Assembly (NCBI GenBank): GCA_964270895.1
Contig: OZ185436.1
DNA length: 64,000 bases
DNA from: Podarcis filfolensis
Lineage: Eukaryota
Strand: one strand, 5' to 3'
The notes beneath the pieces were generated by a model. It had not been told where the DNA came from. It searched no databases and worked only from the letters and a program-made list of their open reading frames with translations. Made by a program: the position numbers and the translations under genes. This document shows positions 48,057 through 59,170 of this stretch, piece after piece (the first letter of the stretch is position 1; every line of letters begins with the position of its first letter).

Positions 48057-50809
48057 AGTAGGAGGAACACTAGGAAGGTTTCTGGTGACTGTCATGATGT
48101 GTCAACAAAGAATGTCACAAGTCCTATGGTGGTTGTTCCTCTTCAGTGTCTTCCCTCTAGATTTGTCAGATCTCAGCCTTCAGTCTTGTCTTGACCATTC
48201 CAGATAAGGAAAATTTGTCCGGTTGTTAAAGGGCAGCCTCCCACAAACTGGTTGTAGGATTCCAGCTCGCACCAGCCCCTGCCTACCCACCCAGCAACAT
48301 TTTGAGGGTCCCAGGTACCCCACCCCGATCTAAGGGGGAAATGAGAAGGATGGCAGAAGGGGGTGGTGGTACATGCACACTGTATCAGCTCCACCCTCCC
48401 ATTGTGCAAATGCAACCTACACAGCCTTTTGACTGTGTATCCATTTCAGGAAGACACCTTACACCTCTCCTTTGCCGAAGTACATTTTACAGAGTTCTTG
48501 TGGGGGTGAAAAGGGAGAGGGGGAGACCCATGTATGCTTTGGAGGAAAAGTGGGGTATAAATGTAATGGTAACTAAAATGATAAAAAACGAGAATTTTGA
48601 CAACAGGAGTTACTTGCAAGGAAGTATCATGTTACACAGCTTTAACATAGGATGAGGGAATTGCCACCTTCCGGCGTAAAAGGCTAACAGACTCCTGGAA
48701 GCCCTTGGGTTTATTAATCTAGTTTCCTTGGCATTATTGGGCAATAATACCAAACCTGCTGATTTAAAAGCAAAAACAAATTATCTGTTAGAGTGATTGT
48801 ATTTGCACAAAAAACACAAGTTTGCCCTTCCTTCAGTTTTATATTCTCACACATAGCAGCACAGGCAAACAATAACGCACATCTGTAATGAATGCCATAT
48901 GCAATTATCTGCAGCACCACCTCCACTAATGCCAGAAGTGGCTATTTTAGCAGAGCTCTAAATCTGATGTCTTCTCCTGCAGCCATTACTGCGTACTTTG
49001 GAGCATATCACGCTAGGTTTTCCATTTTTAAATGACTTCACGCATACTTCATCTATCTGTAGATGATTATTGGTGGGAATTGCTTTCATCAGAATTATGC
49101 CTATGCTGCATGCCATTCTTATGGTCTTTAAAAGAAAGGATTCTGTCAATACATCTGGAGAGATCAGAGTTCAAGGGAAAGGGGTTGGTACTGGCTTATG
49201 CCTCTTTAGAGCTACAGTGCCAGGTGAATGCATAAAGCTTTTAGGTGTAAATGTATCCATGGCCCTGTTTTTTACTTTACATATTATGACATTTATACCT
49301 GTCCTCTAAAGAAGCTCTTGCCGTCACTGACAAATCCTCTGTGGGCTGAACCAGCCAGATGAAAGTACACTGGATGGTTATGGGGACAATCGTTGTTTGG
49401 TTGTTTGGGATGTGTTATGGACTCACGACTCCCCACTCTACATTTCTCCTCCCCTTCCTGGCTTGCTGTAACCATAGTTTGCTGTGGCATCCAAACACAA
49501 ACTATGGTTATTGCTAACCATACTGTTACATGCCACCCCAATCTCTGAGCAGTGAGAGATTCCAGGGGTTCCAAGCACTTACCCAGAGATTGGTTTCCTC
49601 AGAATGAAGGTGAGTGGAGGTTTTGGTGTCTTTAGGATATATAGTTTTTATTTACACATAAATACAACCTGAACATAGGATGGAGGGGCTCACAGCATTA
49701 ACAGCCCAACATATCTTGCTCCTCCAATAGTCACAGCTTTAGATTAAACATGTCTCTGTGTCCTCAGCTTCCAATTCACATGCACACATCTCTGCTGTTA
49801 TTCTCCTAACTAGCAGGTGAACAGGGTTGAAGGCCCACCCATTTGTTCCATGGCACAGGACAACTTTTTGGGTTATCCTAATCATGGCACTTAATGAGCC
49901 AGCCAAAGCCATTTTCTTAATTAAGGAACTGGTTTGGCAAGCTTGCTAATACCACAGACACAGGATGCCAAGAATTGGAAGGGACTCTGGGCATCATCCA
50001 AACTGACACCCCCTCCCAACTCATAACAAAAATTGCCCAAATTGGAAATCCACTTCAAAAACCATGGCTTTGGATTTTATGATGGAGGCACACTTTGGTA
50101 GCCAAGAAGCAGAGGATGGAACTGGCACATCTGAGGGGTGGAGGAGGACCTGAGAGCAAATTTCTGACAGCCTTGGCTATGGCATCTGAATTAAGCCAAT
50201 AGGTCTCAGCCTAACCTTCTTCATGGGGCAGGTAACTCGTCAAGGACTTTACAGATTGTGTGAGAATGGGCAAAACATCTGAGTCATGTCTGGGTGTGGC
50301 AGCTAAGGGGGGAAACCTGGGGGAAGGAACAAAGTGGTATGAGGAGGAGTGTGTATTTGTGAGGAGAGTGGTGCAGGGGCAGAGAGGCACAATAGCTGGG
50401 AGTCATCATGCAGAGAAGGGCAAGCAGGCAGCAGGAGCATCAAGTCCAGAAATAGAGCAACTGTGTACCAAAGATATGGCAGGCAGGAGGGAGTTATCAG
50501 GGATCCAGAACTGTCAAGAAGGAATGCAGCTCGAGATAGCTGAGGCTGTGAATAAAAGGTAGAACTAAAGAGAAGAATCAAGAAGATGTGGAAATCACTG
50601 TGGAAAAGAGGAATGAACTAAGGGGTTAACCTATGTGATCATTGCATGTTTACCGAAAAGCAAGTCCCACTGACTTCAGCTCCCAAATGAGTGTACAAAG
50701 GATTGTAGCCTAAATGTTTGTGGGAAAATATGGAGTTCTGTGGTGTTGGGTAATACTGAAGGGTGAGGTGTCAAATACCTGGAAGGGTGGAAATTCAGCT
50801 CAGTCATGA

Positions 50810-50996
50810 AGTAAGCTAATGGGCAGGTGGTAGAATGGTAAACTATGATGGAAGGTACCCACGTTTCGATCCCCACTTGACCATGTAGTTCCCTGGGGGC
50901 AACCATGGACCGATCAGTATCTCTCCATCTAACATACATCACAGTGAAGGACCATGTGCAGTATCTTGATATCCTTGGAGAGAAGGCAGGATATAA
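50810..50996 (+). mobile_element. Degenerate MIR/CORE-like SINE
   Basis: 'gtttcgatccccacttgaccatgtagttccctgggg...ctccatctaacatacatcacag...tccttggagagaaggcaggatataa'. The same tail recurs near 51878. Boundaries are approximate. Confidence 0.45.
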
Positions 50997-53900
50997 TTGC
51001 AATTGATAAGAGCATGCTGGGACCAAGAGTGTCCTACTCTACTATATATTTCTTTTTTGGGGTGGGGTAGGGATGTGCTTTTAATGGATTTTTGTAGTAG
51101 CCAAATTAAGAATGTGCAAGCCACCAAGGAGTGAAATCACAGGACAAAGAAAACCAGGCTTGCTTGTTATGAAATCTGCAGTTTCATTGAGGGTCGTAGA
51201 AGAAGGCGATTTTGCCAAGTTCGTGTCATAAACCTAGAAGGATTTCTGCTCCTCTTTCTTGACAGCCAGTACGTTAAGCAGAACAAAGGTGTTGCTACCT
51301 ACAAACCTCCGAAACCACTTGGCGTGTAATTGGCCCTGGTTGCGTTTGCACTTGCTTGTTGCTAATTGCAAAAAGGCAAAGTGACAGCACTCTGGGGTTG
51401 CCGCTTCCAGGACACAATGCGAGTGCCATTAATGTCCTGCAACAGCCTATGCATCCGTGACCCCAGTAGTAATGGCAACCTTCTATTTACCTCCAACTTT
51501 ACAAGTGGTGCAACAGCTTAAGGGGAAAGTGTTTCTCTTTACTATTTGAATAGTAAACAAATCCCTTAAAGACACACATTCTTCCACTTGTGTGGCTCTA
51601 GCCTAGGCGCCTTGGTCACGTGGGGCTTGGCTCAGGAGGCCAGCCATTGAAGGCTGTCAGCAAGAGCCACCTGAAGACTTTTATCTGGCTGGTTCAGGCT
51701 ACAGTAGATTTGTCCAAGGCAGGAGAAACCGTGTTTGCTAGGGCTGGGAATCAGCTGGCTGGTGACAGCTACGTGCCAAAGGATCTGCCACTGTTCTAGG
51801 GAAGCATTTGCTTTCTTCCAAGGAATCCAGTCGTTCCTATTCCACTATTCCAAGGATCATGTGCACTAGCTTGAGTTCCTTGGAGAGAAGGCAGGATATA
51901 AATATAATAGATGAGAGAATGCTGGTCACAGAGGACATTGGGAGGTGGCAGCAGCAAAAGCTGGTCTGTTAGGGTGAATTGGGCACTGCCTCCATCCTAT
52001 GTCTGCCTTCCTTCTTGCTTACAACCAGTTCACAGGGTGGCCCTAGCTCTCAACTTCCTCCTCAGTCTCAATGTTGCCTTTTTAGAACTCAACAGGGAGG
52101 GCAATGGTGACAAAACTAGAATACTGCAGTTGGTTCCACCTGCCATTTGCTTCAGTGCCACCTACTGGTGGCCTTCCCGCCTTTCTCCCTACCAATGGGC
52201 ACCAGCCACTACAGGATGGCACTCGTCTCCTCCTGTACAATGCACAGCTTCAGGATACAAGCATCCACTTTTGACCCAAGTCTCTGACTTCTTCATAGGC
52301 CTCTGTGGCAGAAGGCTGTTCTTCTGATATCACTTCCGATTCAGCCATTTGCTTCTGTTCTGCTTGGATACAAGGATGCCACCTGAGGAGATGCAAGGGA
52401 GTGAGGTTTCCATGTCCCAGCTATTAAGCCTGATGTTGAGTGGCTTTCTGGGCATGGGAAATGGTGGCTGGCAGCCAAAAGAGCTCTTGCTCCTCTTCCT
52501 GTCTGGCTAAGATACATCACTTTGCCACCTCCCCACGCTCTGCCAAGACAAGGAACCGGGGTGGCAGATTTGGGTGATGAGTCATGGATTGCCTAAAGCA
52601 AGGATTTGCATTACCAAAGAGGATAAAAGAGGACACCAATTTGCATAAAATGTGCTTACTATAATACTAACAGAAATACAGTACATCCGACCATCGTGGG
52701 GAAGGCACTACATAACGTGTGCCTTCTCAGTCTGCTGCCCAGGTGCTAACTGCTGACAGAGAACTCCAAGGCCCCTGGTCTTGCTACTTAGGGTTCTTTG
52801 TCGTTAACTCAGACTTGGACTGGACAGCCCTATAAAAGAGGACTGCCCTCTGTAACGTTGGACCACACTGGGGAAGTAGAAAGCTGCCACCTGCCACTGC
52901 TTGCCACACCGTATACACCTAATGTAAACACACACAGAGAGAGAAAAAAACACACACAATTGGCCACCCCAGAAAACTGATGCAAATCCCGCTCCCAATT
53001 CCCCTCCTGCAAATACGGTGGCAAGCTGAGGAACAGCATTTTGCAGCAGCTCCACTTGCCAATCCCCAATCTGTTTTTAGCAGCAGAGGAAACCTTGATG
53101 TGATGGAATGAACGGAAAGAAAGCAGTAAAATGTGCACTCATTTTCACTTCAGTATTTCAGCACACAGCGGCGAGGCCATGTTTCCCTTTTATCTCTCTG
53201 TGGCATGTGTGTTGTGTTATCAGCTGATGCCTCTGCATTGATGAATCTGCTGAGCTGTAAAAAAAGAGAGGGGAGAGAGAGGGAGAACTGCTGAATAAGA
53301 GGAGTAAAGAAAAGGAAGCAAAATCTTCCATTGTCCACTGGTGACAGCGGTAGGACCCTGATTAATAATGGAACAGCTTTTCCAGGAAAGGAGACACTGC
53401 AGCCCGAGCCAAGCAGCGGCACTGAACTGATATGATGCTGTTCCAGGAAAGGCTGCTGTTCCACAAGGTTTTGTGGAGCCATTACTCTATGCTGCAGGCG
53501 TCATGTGCCCAAAGGCTGTGATTCTGCTGCATCTGCTGCAGAGCATCCTGCCTCCGTGCTGCCACACATGAAAGCAGCCGTGGCCTAAATTCTGCAGCCA
53601 ATACAAAAACAGACAGAGGCTTGTGTAGTGATGAAGCCAAGAGAAGAGAGGTTATATGGAAGCCATATTGGTGTTTTCATTCCTAAAGGAGTGGCTGATC
53701 TGAGGCAGGAACCACATCTGGATCTGAGATCCAGAACACATACTGATGTCCTCCTGCTGCCTGTGATCCAGAAAGAGGGGCAAGGTTGTTTCAGTCTTGC
53801 TAGGAGTGCCTGACAATTGTAATGTCTCGTGCTTTTTCACAATATCCTCTCCGGGCTGCCTTTATACCCTACATTTTTTTGTTTCAGGCCTGGTGGCAAT

Positions 53901-55393
53901 TTCAATCCTCTCAGCTTTTGTATATCCAAATCACTCTGTCCTTAGCAAACTGTTTTATTTTGTTGCTCTGTGGCTTACAAAGGATCCATAAGAAAAAATA
54001 TCCTGTAGTTTGTGCTTATTCTTTTTGTGTGTGTCAAGTTATAATTAGGCCACAAGTATGTGCCAACTTGTAGGAAGTATCAAAGCCTAACCACATTGAC
54101 CGAGTTAATATTTAATTAGTCACCATTATATTTCAGTATAAGTACCCATTTACAAGATTGATTCTATTATGGATAAGCTTTACATAGGCATTAATAAGAT
54201 TTTGAAACCAAGCTTCTGTTTTCAGCTATTTACTGCCTATGAGAAGGGAAATTGACTTTGCTTGGGTACATCCCAAACCAAGGAAGCTGCCACGCAGGCC
54301 CTTTTCCCTTGACGTTCCATCCTTTGATGACCCACTGTGTATGGAGAAATCAGATGGCACTGTTGTGAAAGTACTACAATCTGTGTTTTCTGTGTTGTCC
54401 ACTCACAGTTTTTCAATTTTTTAAAAACGGCAATAGAATCCAATTACACGAGTCCATCCAGCATGGATGGACAAAATATTATTGAGGCTTTTCAGGGTTT
54501 CTGTGCTTTTAATTAAAAGTTTCCTGTTTATAAGCCCTGCCCTTTTGGTTGTTTCTTGCTGATTAAGCGGCAGCGACGGGAGGGGGGGCAGGGGATTAAA
54601 AGTACGGTAGCTCAATTGTTCCAGTCCCAGTTTCTGTTCTCACTCGTTCTCTGTTTTTCTGTTAATTTTTCATAGAAAACATTAAATATTACAGAAAGAT
54701 TTTGCTCACGGGGGAAGGTATTGCTGGATAATATAGCATTACATCAAGCGCAATGTGAAACCTAGGTTTTAATTCTGCTTCTAGCTAATTGCAGCAAAGC
54801 AAAGCATCAACAAGCACTCACAGGCTCTAGTCTGCAGCAACCTCCTTTCCTGTATAAAATACCTTCCTTGATACACCTAGAATGCTGCTACTTACTACTT
54901 GCTTATTGTTTCCTGCTTTGCATTTCTGCTTACTCCCTACTCCTTTTGTAGGGGTATTTTATCCCCTTCCTACCTTTTCTGCCTTCATGAAGCTTTCTCC
55001 CAGATCGCCTGCTGCTTCCACGTGGCTCTCACTTTCCCACTTGTAGCCGTATGTGTCAAGGTGACCTGCAGACATCTTATTTAGGTTGGCCTTTCCATCA
55101 ACCAGTTCTCCATCTTCCCATTTCTTTGTTTATCTGCCACTTCTATCCCTGCTGTGGAACTGTCTCACCTCTGCATGGTCTTCTGCAAATGGAAGTAGGA
55201 ATAGAAGTGAACAGAGAAAAAGAATGGAAACCAAGGGCAGATAAAGTAGTTGGGGGGGGGGAGCACCTGTTTTGCATGCAGAAGGTCCCAGCTTCAAGCC
55301 TCAACATGTCCAGGTAGGCCTGAAAATTCTGGAGAGCCTCTGCAAGACAGCATGGACAATAGCGGCGCTAGCTAGATGGACCAATGATGCGAC

Positions 55394-56022
55394 TAGGGCT
55401 GGGCGATATATAGATATATAGTCCAAAACCGGTTTGAAGTCCATGCTGCGATATCGGTTTCATAAGTTTTGACCTGGCAATGCATCACGAATTATGATGT
55501 GCATGAGAGACAGTGCTATGCAATAATCACAATGCAGGAAAAACTGTGAAGCCAGTCAATGCCTATGCATAGCTCCATCCTTATTTCAGACATGGTGAAA
55601 TACTGGTATATCATGATGTTTAGCTGGTGATAGATCGTAATGTTGAAAACCAATTATTATTATTATTATTATTAATAATAATAATAATAATAATATACCA
55701 CTCTATACCCCCCCCCCCAGAAAAAACGCATTTTAAAAGGGCATAGGATGTAAATTGGATCAACCAAAGGCCTGGTTAAAAAGTAACATTTTTGCCTGGC
55801 ACCTAAAGGTGTATAATGAAGGCGCCAGGTGAACTTCCCTGGGGAGAGCATTCCACAGATGGGGAGCCACTGCAGAGAAGGCCCGTTCTCGTGTTGCCAC
55901 CCTCCGGACCTCTCAAGGAGACACATGAAGAAGGGCCTCAGAAGATGATCTCGGGGTCTAGGTAAGTTCACATGGAAAGAAGCGGTCCTTGAGATATTGC
56001 GGTCCTGAGCTGCCCAGCCTTA
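55394..56022. mobile_element. hAT-type non-autonomous element inserted into the SINE
   Basis: Termini TAGGGCTGGGC and GCCCAGCCTTA (1 mismatch); degenerate 8-bp TSD GATGCGAC / GATATGAC. Confidence 0.6.
55655..56010 (-). mobile_element. L2 LINE 3' fragment nested in the hAT element
   Basis: The minus strand encodes VRRVATRERAFSAVAPHLWNALPREVHLAPSLYTFRCQAKMLLFNQAFG*, a typical L2-clade RT C-terminus, followed by an ATT/AAT tail. Confidence 0.8.
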
Positions 56023-57559
56023 GATATGACTCAGTATAAGGCAGCCTCTTAGAGCAGAAGGCATATTGCTTAGAAGCCAAGCAAGACATGATAGTAGCAT
56101 ATGAGGTTTAAATGTGTATCTGCCCCAAATATGTAGGAAATGAAGGAGACTGGTTTTAATTGGGGTGTAGATGAGAAGTGTAGAACCCTTCTGCTGCTCA
56201 TAGCTTACACCTCTCTTCAAGAGCATTTTTTCCAGCTAAGCATCCTTCCAGCATTGGAGCCCAGGCTCAGCTAAGGAGAATTCTTTTTGGGGAAACCAAA
56301 GGTCTTTGTTGTGAAGTCTTTGTTAAGATGCAGAGTTTAGCACTCCTAAACCATGGATCCACTTTTCTTCTTAAAATGGACCCCTGCCTCTATGACTGGG
56401 GCAGATCCATATATAAACACATGCGTTTGCCACGATCATATCCGAGTTTGGCTGTTAATAGCATACATGCACATTATTCTACAGGGTACATAACAGTGAA
56501 ACATAATGATGCTAGTAATGACCTCCCATCAAAATGTGGTTATTAAGGAGAGGCTATATTCAGTTTCTCATCTACATGCAGTATTGCAGTTAATATTTAT
56601 AGCGTGCCCTCTGGGCTATAGTTAAAACAGGGAATCATATTTTTCTACAAAATGGCTCCTTCGCTCCTGAATTCACGGCTTGGGCAATTAGTGGGCTGAA
56701 ACTGGAAAAAAGAAATAGTGATTCAGACTTGCCAGTTGAATTCACAACCCAGAACTTCACTCTGCCCTCACGGATGTGACTTTCCTCTCTGCTTCAGACC
56801 ACGTGAATGGCAGAGGAGAGAGCCCAATCCAGCCAGCAACATTTTCTTTGTGTTATCAGAGCAGGCAGTTCTTTCTAATTTAATTTAATTTTGATTAAGG
56901 TAGCTGTAGGAGCGGAACTTAACATGAGAGTCAGGAAAGCAGGCAGGAAGACTAACTCAGAGGCACAGAGAAAAGACAGAGACTGAAATAAGGGAACAAG
57001 AACCAGGATGTGACTCAGCACAATTGCAATGGGGGAGGGAGGGAGAGCAGGAGAAACAGGCCAGTGGAGGTTTAGCAGGCTTTCAGTTAAAAAGAAAGGC
57101 TTTATTTTACATATGTCCTCTGACTGACAGTTAAATAATAGCAAGCACCTTTTGAAACAAAAACACCTGCCATAGTTCCCTCCCCTTCTTTTGTCATTAA
57201 CAGTATAAATAGATAGAAACTATAAACCCCCCTTTTTCCAGTTCTGGCTTTCCTTGTTTCATTTTGTTTTTCAGCCTTCCTTTATTGCAAAATTCAAACT
57301 TCTGCAGCCGCAGTCCGATAACTAAAGGATGCTTTTAAAAATAAAGGGGTGGGGGGTGGGAATAGGAAGAAGGAAAGGTCAGGAGGAAAAGTGCCTGCTA
57401 ACAGAAATGCAGACAGGCAGGTCTGCAATTTTTTCCCCAGGCTTCATTAGCCCATGCCAGGCCAACATAGTTGACAGGCCTTAGCTCCAATCAGATGATT
57501 CTGCTCCTGGTCAGCAACTCCTCTCCTGGCCTCCTGCCATACAGCACAAGTATTGAAGG

Positions 57560-57912
57560 CAGCGGCAGGGCATATGGGGCATATAACCCAGGGCGGAGTG
57601 TGCTCCCGAGAGGGGCAGGGTGCAGAGGGTGCCCTCCCAAGCGTGGGACAGCTGCTCGGGTGCATGAAGCGGTGTGCAAGCCCTTCCACCAATGGCGGAC
57701 ATTCGGCGCACCGTCCGCCCATGACTCCCAAGCCTCCCTCAGCTGTCAAAACAAAGGGGGAATGCCACTGGCAAAGCAGCACAGCTCCCCCCTTCCCCCG
57801 ATGGCTTGAGGTAGGCTTGGGAGTCGCGGGTGGGCAGCGCACCATATGTCACTCCCTCAGCAAAGACACCCAGGGCGGTCCGCCCCCACTGCACCCACTT
57901 CCTCCGCCCCTG
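57560..57912. mobile_element. Non-autonomous hAT element
   Basis: Exact 8-bp TSD ATTGAAGG (57552-57559, 57913-57920), degenerate termini CAGCGGCAG and CCGCCCCTG, GC-rich interior. Confidence 0.7.
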
Positions 57913-58022
57913 ATTGAAGGGTGTGCATAATCTTTCACTTGATGTGGAACTATCATCACTTTGGGTGCAATTCCTCCCTTCAGGCATTTATGCTGCCTGC
58001 ATGGCCACTGGAGGGAGAGCTA

Positions 58023-58282
58023 CCGTATTTTTTGCTCTATAAGACGCACCAGACCACAAGACGCACCTAGTTTTTGGAGGAAGAAAACAAGAAAAAAAAA
58101 TATTCTGAATCCCAGAAGCCAGAACAGCAAGAGGGATCGCTGCGCAGCGAAAGCAGCGATCCCTCTTGCTGTTCTGGCTTCTGGGATAGCTGCACAGCCT
58201 GCATACGCTCCATAAGACGCACACACAGTTCCCCTTACTTTTTAGGAGGGAAAAAGTGAGTCTTATAGAGCAAAAAATACGG
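58023..58282. mobile_element. Tc1/mariner-superfamily MITE with an internal perfect hairpin
   Basis: Perfect 23-bp TIRs CCGTATTTTTTGCTCTATAAGAC, TA duplication at 58021-22 and 58283-84. Confidence 0.92.
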
Positions 58283-58322
58283 TATTTGGTACTGATGGGA
58301 TGCAAAGTGTTAAGATCTAAAG

Positions 58323-58458
58323 CAGGCATAGGCAAACTCAGCCCTCCAGATGTTTTGGGACTACAACTCCCATCATTCCTAGCTAACAGGACCAGTGGTC
58401 AGGGATGATGGAAGTTGTAGTCCCAAAACATCTGGAGGGCCGAGTTTGCCTATGCCTG
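58323..58458. mobile_element. Palindromic hAT MITE, copy 2
   Basis: 136 bp with 4 differences from copy 1 (6516). Exact TSD ATCTAAAG at 58315-58322 and 58459-58466. Confidence 0.92.
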
Positions 58459-59107
58459 ATCTAAAGGTTTGTCTCATTCTCCATGCATGGATGTCAAGGG
58501 GATGGGGCCAGGCAGTAGGAGGCAAGGGCAGCAACACAGCTTCCCTTCTGTTTGTGTTTCCTTGGTATAAGCTCACCAGCCGTCATGAAGAAGGGCATTT
58601 TGCTATTTTTGATAAAATAGAAATCACAGTATTCTAAGTCTTCACCCAGTATAACTGAGCTTGACAATGGCTAGGCAAACAAATGGGTTTGTTGTTATGT
58701 AACAGATTTACATTAAATAGAGTGCTTTCCCCCTATCCCTCATCCTTTCCAGCAATGAAAAGAATAGCAGAGGCTTTTATTACCTCTGCAAGGCTAAGGT
58801 TCCCACTTGCCTGGTTATCCCAATTTGTGGCTGGGCGGTCCCTTGAGTTTTCCTGGCAACAAGCTGCCCATACGATAGGTCTCTTCTCTTCTGTGAATGT
58901 GTGCAAATTCTATTTTTAAAACCAACCAAGCTAGGTATAAAGTGTAAAGGAAGCTAAACTCTCGGTATAATTTGTGACTGTGCACCTTTTGTGTGAGGCG
59001 GTATGGTGAATGTCAGAGTAGGACTGAGGACACTTGTGCCCAAATTCCCCCACCCATATCCATGAAGTTGGAAGGGCAGAGAGTGATGACTTTGGGATAG
59101 GCCAGTC

Positions 59108-59170
59108 ATAGTTGTAGAGTTGGAAGGACCCAAAGGGCCATCGAGTCCAACCCCCTACAGGAATCACAAC
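59108..59170 (-). mobile_element. CR1/Squam1-type 3' tail fragment
   Basis: 'catagttgtagagttggaaggacccaaagggccatcgagtccaacccc...caggaatc' is the reverse complement of the tail seen at about 9680-9760. Confidence 0.55.

Larger units (their letters stand above)
55240..56050 (+). mobile_element. Squam3-type SINE interrupted by a nested insertion
   Basis: The SINE body runs to 'gatggaccaat' at about 55385 and resumes as 'gactcagtataaggcagc' at about 56028. Confidence 0.7.

Noticed and set aside
49590-49900. Possible solo LTR (minus-strand AATAAA within tgtatttatgtgtaaataaaaa)
   Set aside because: Could not define TG...CA ends or a target-site duplication.
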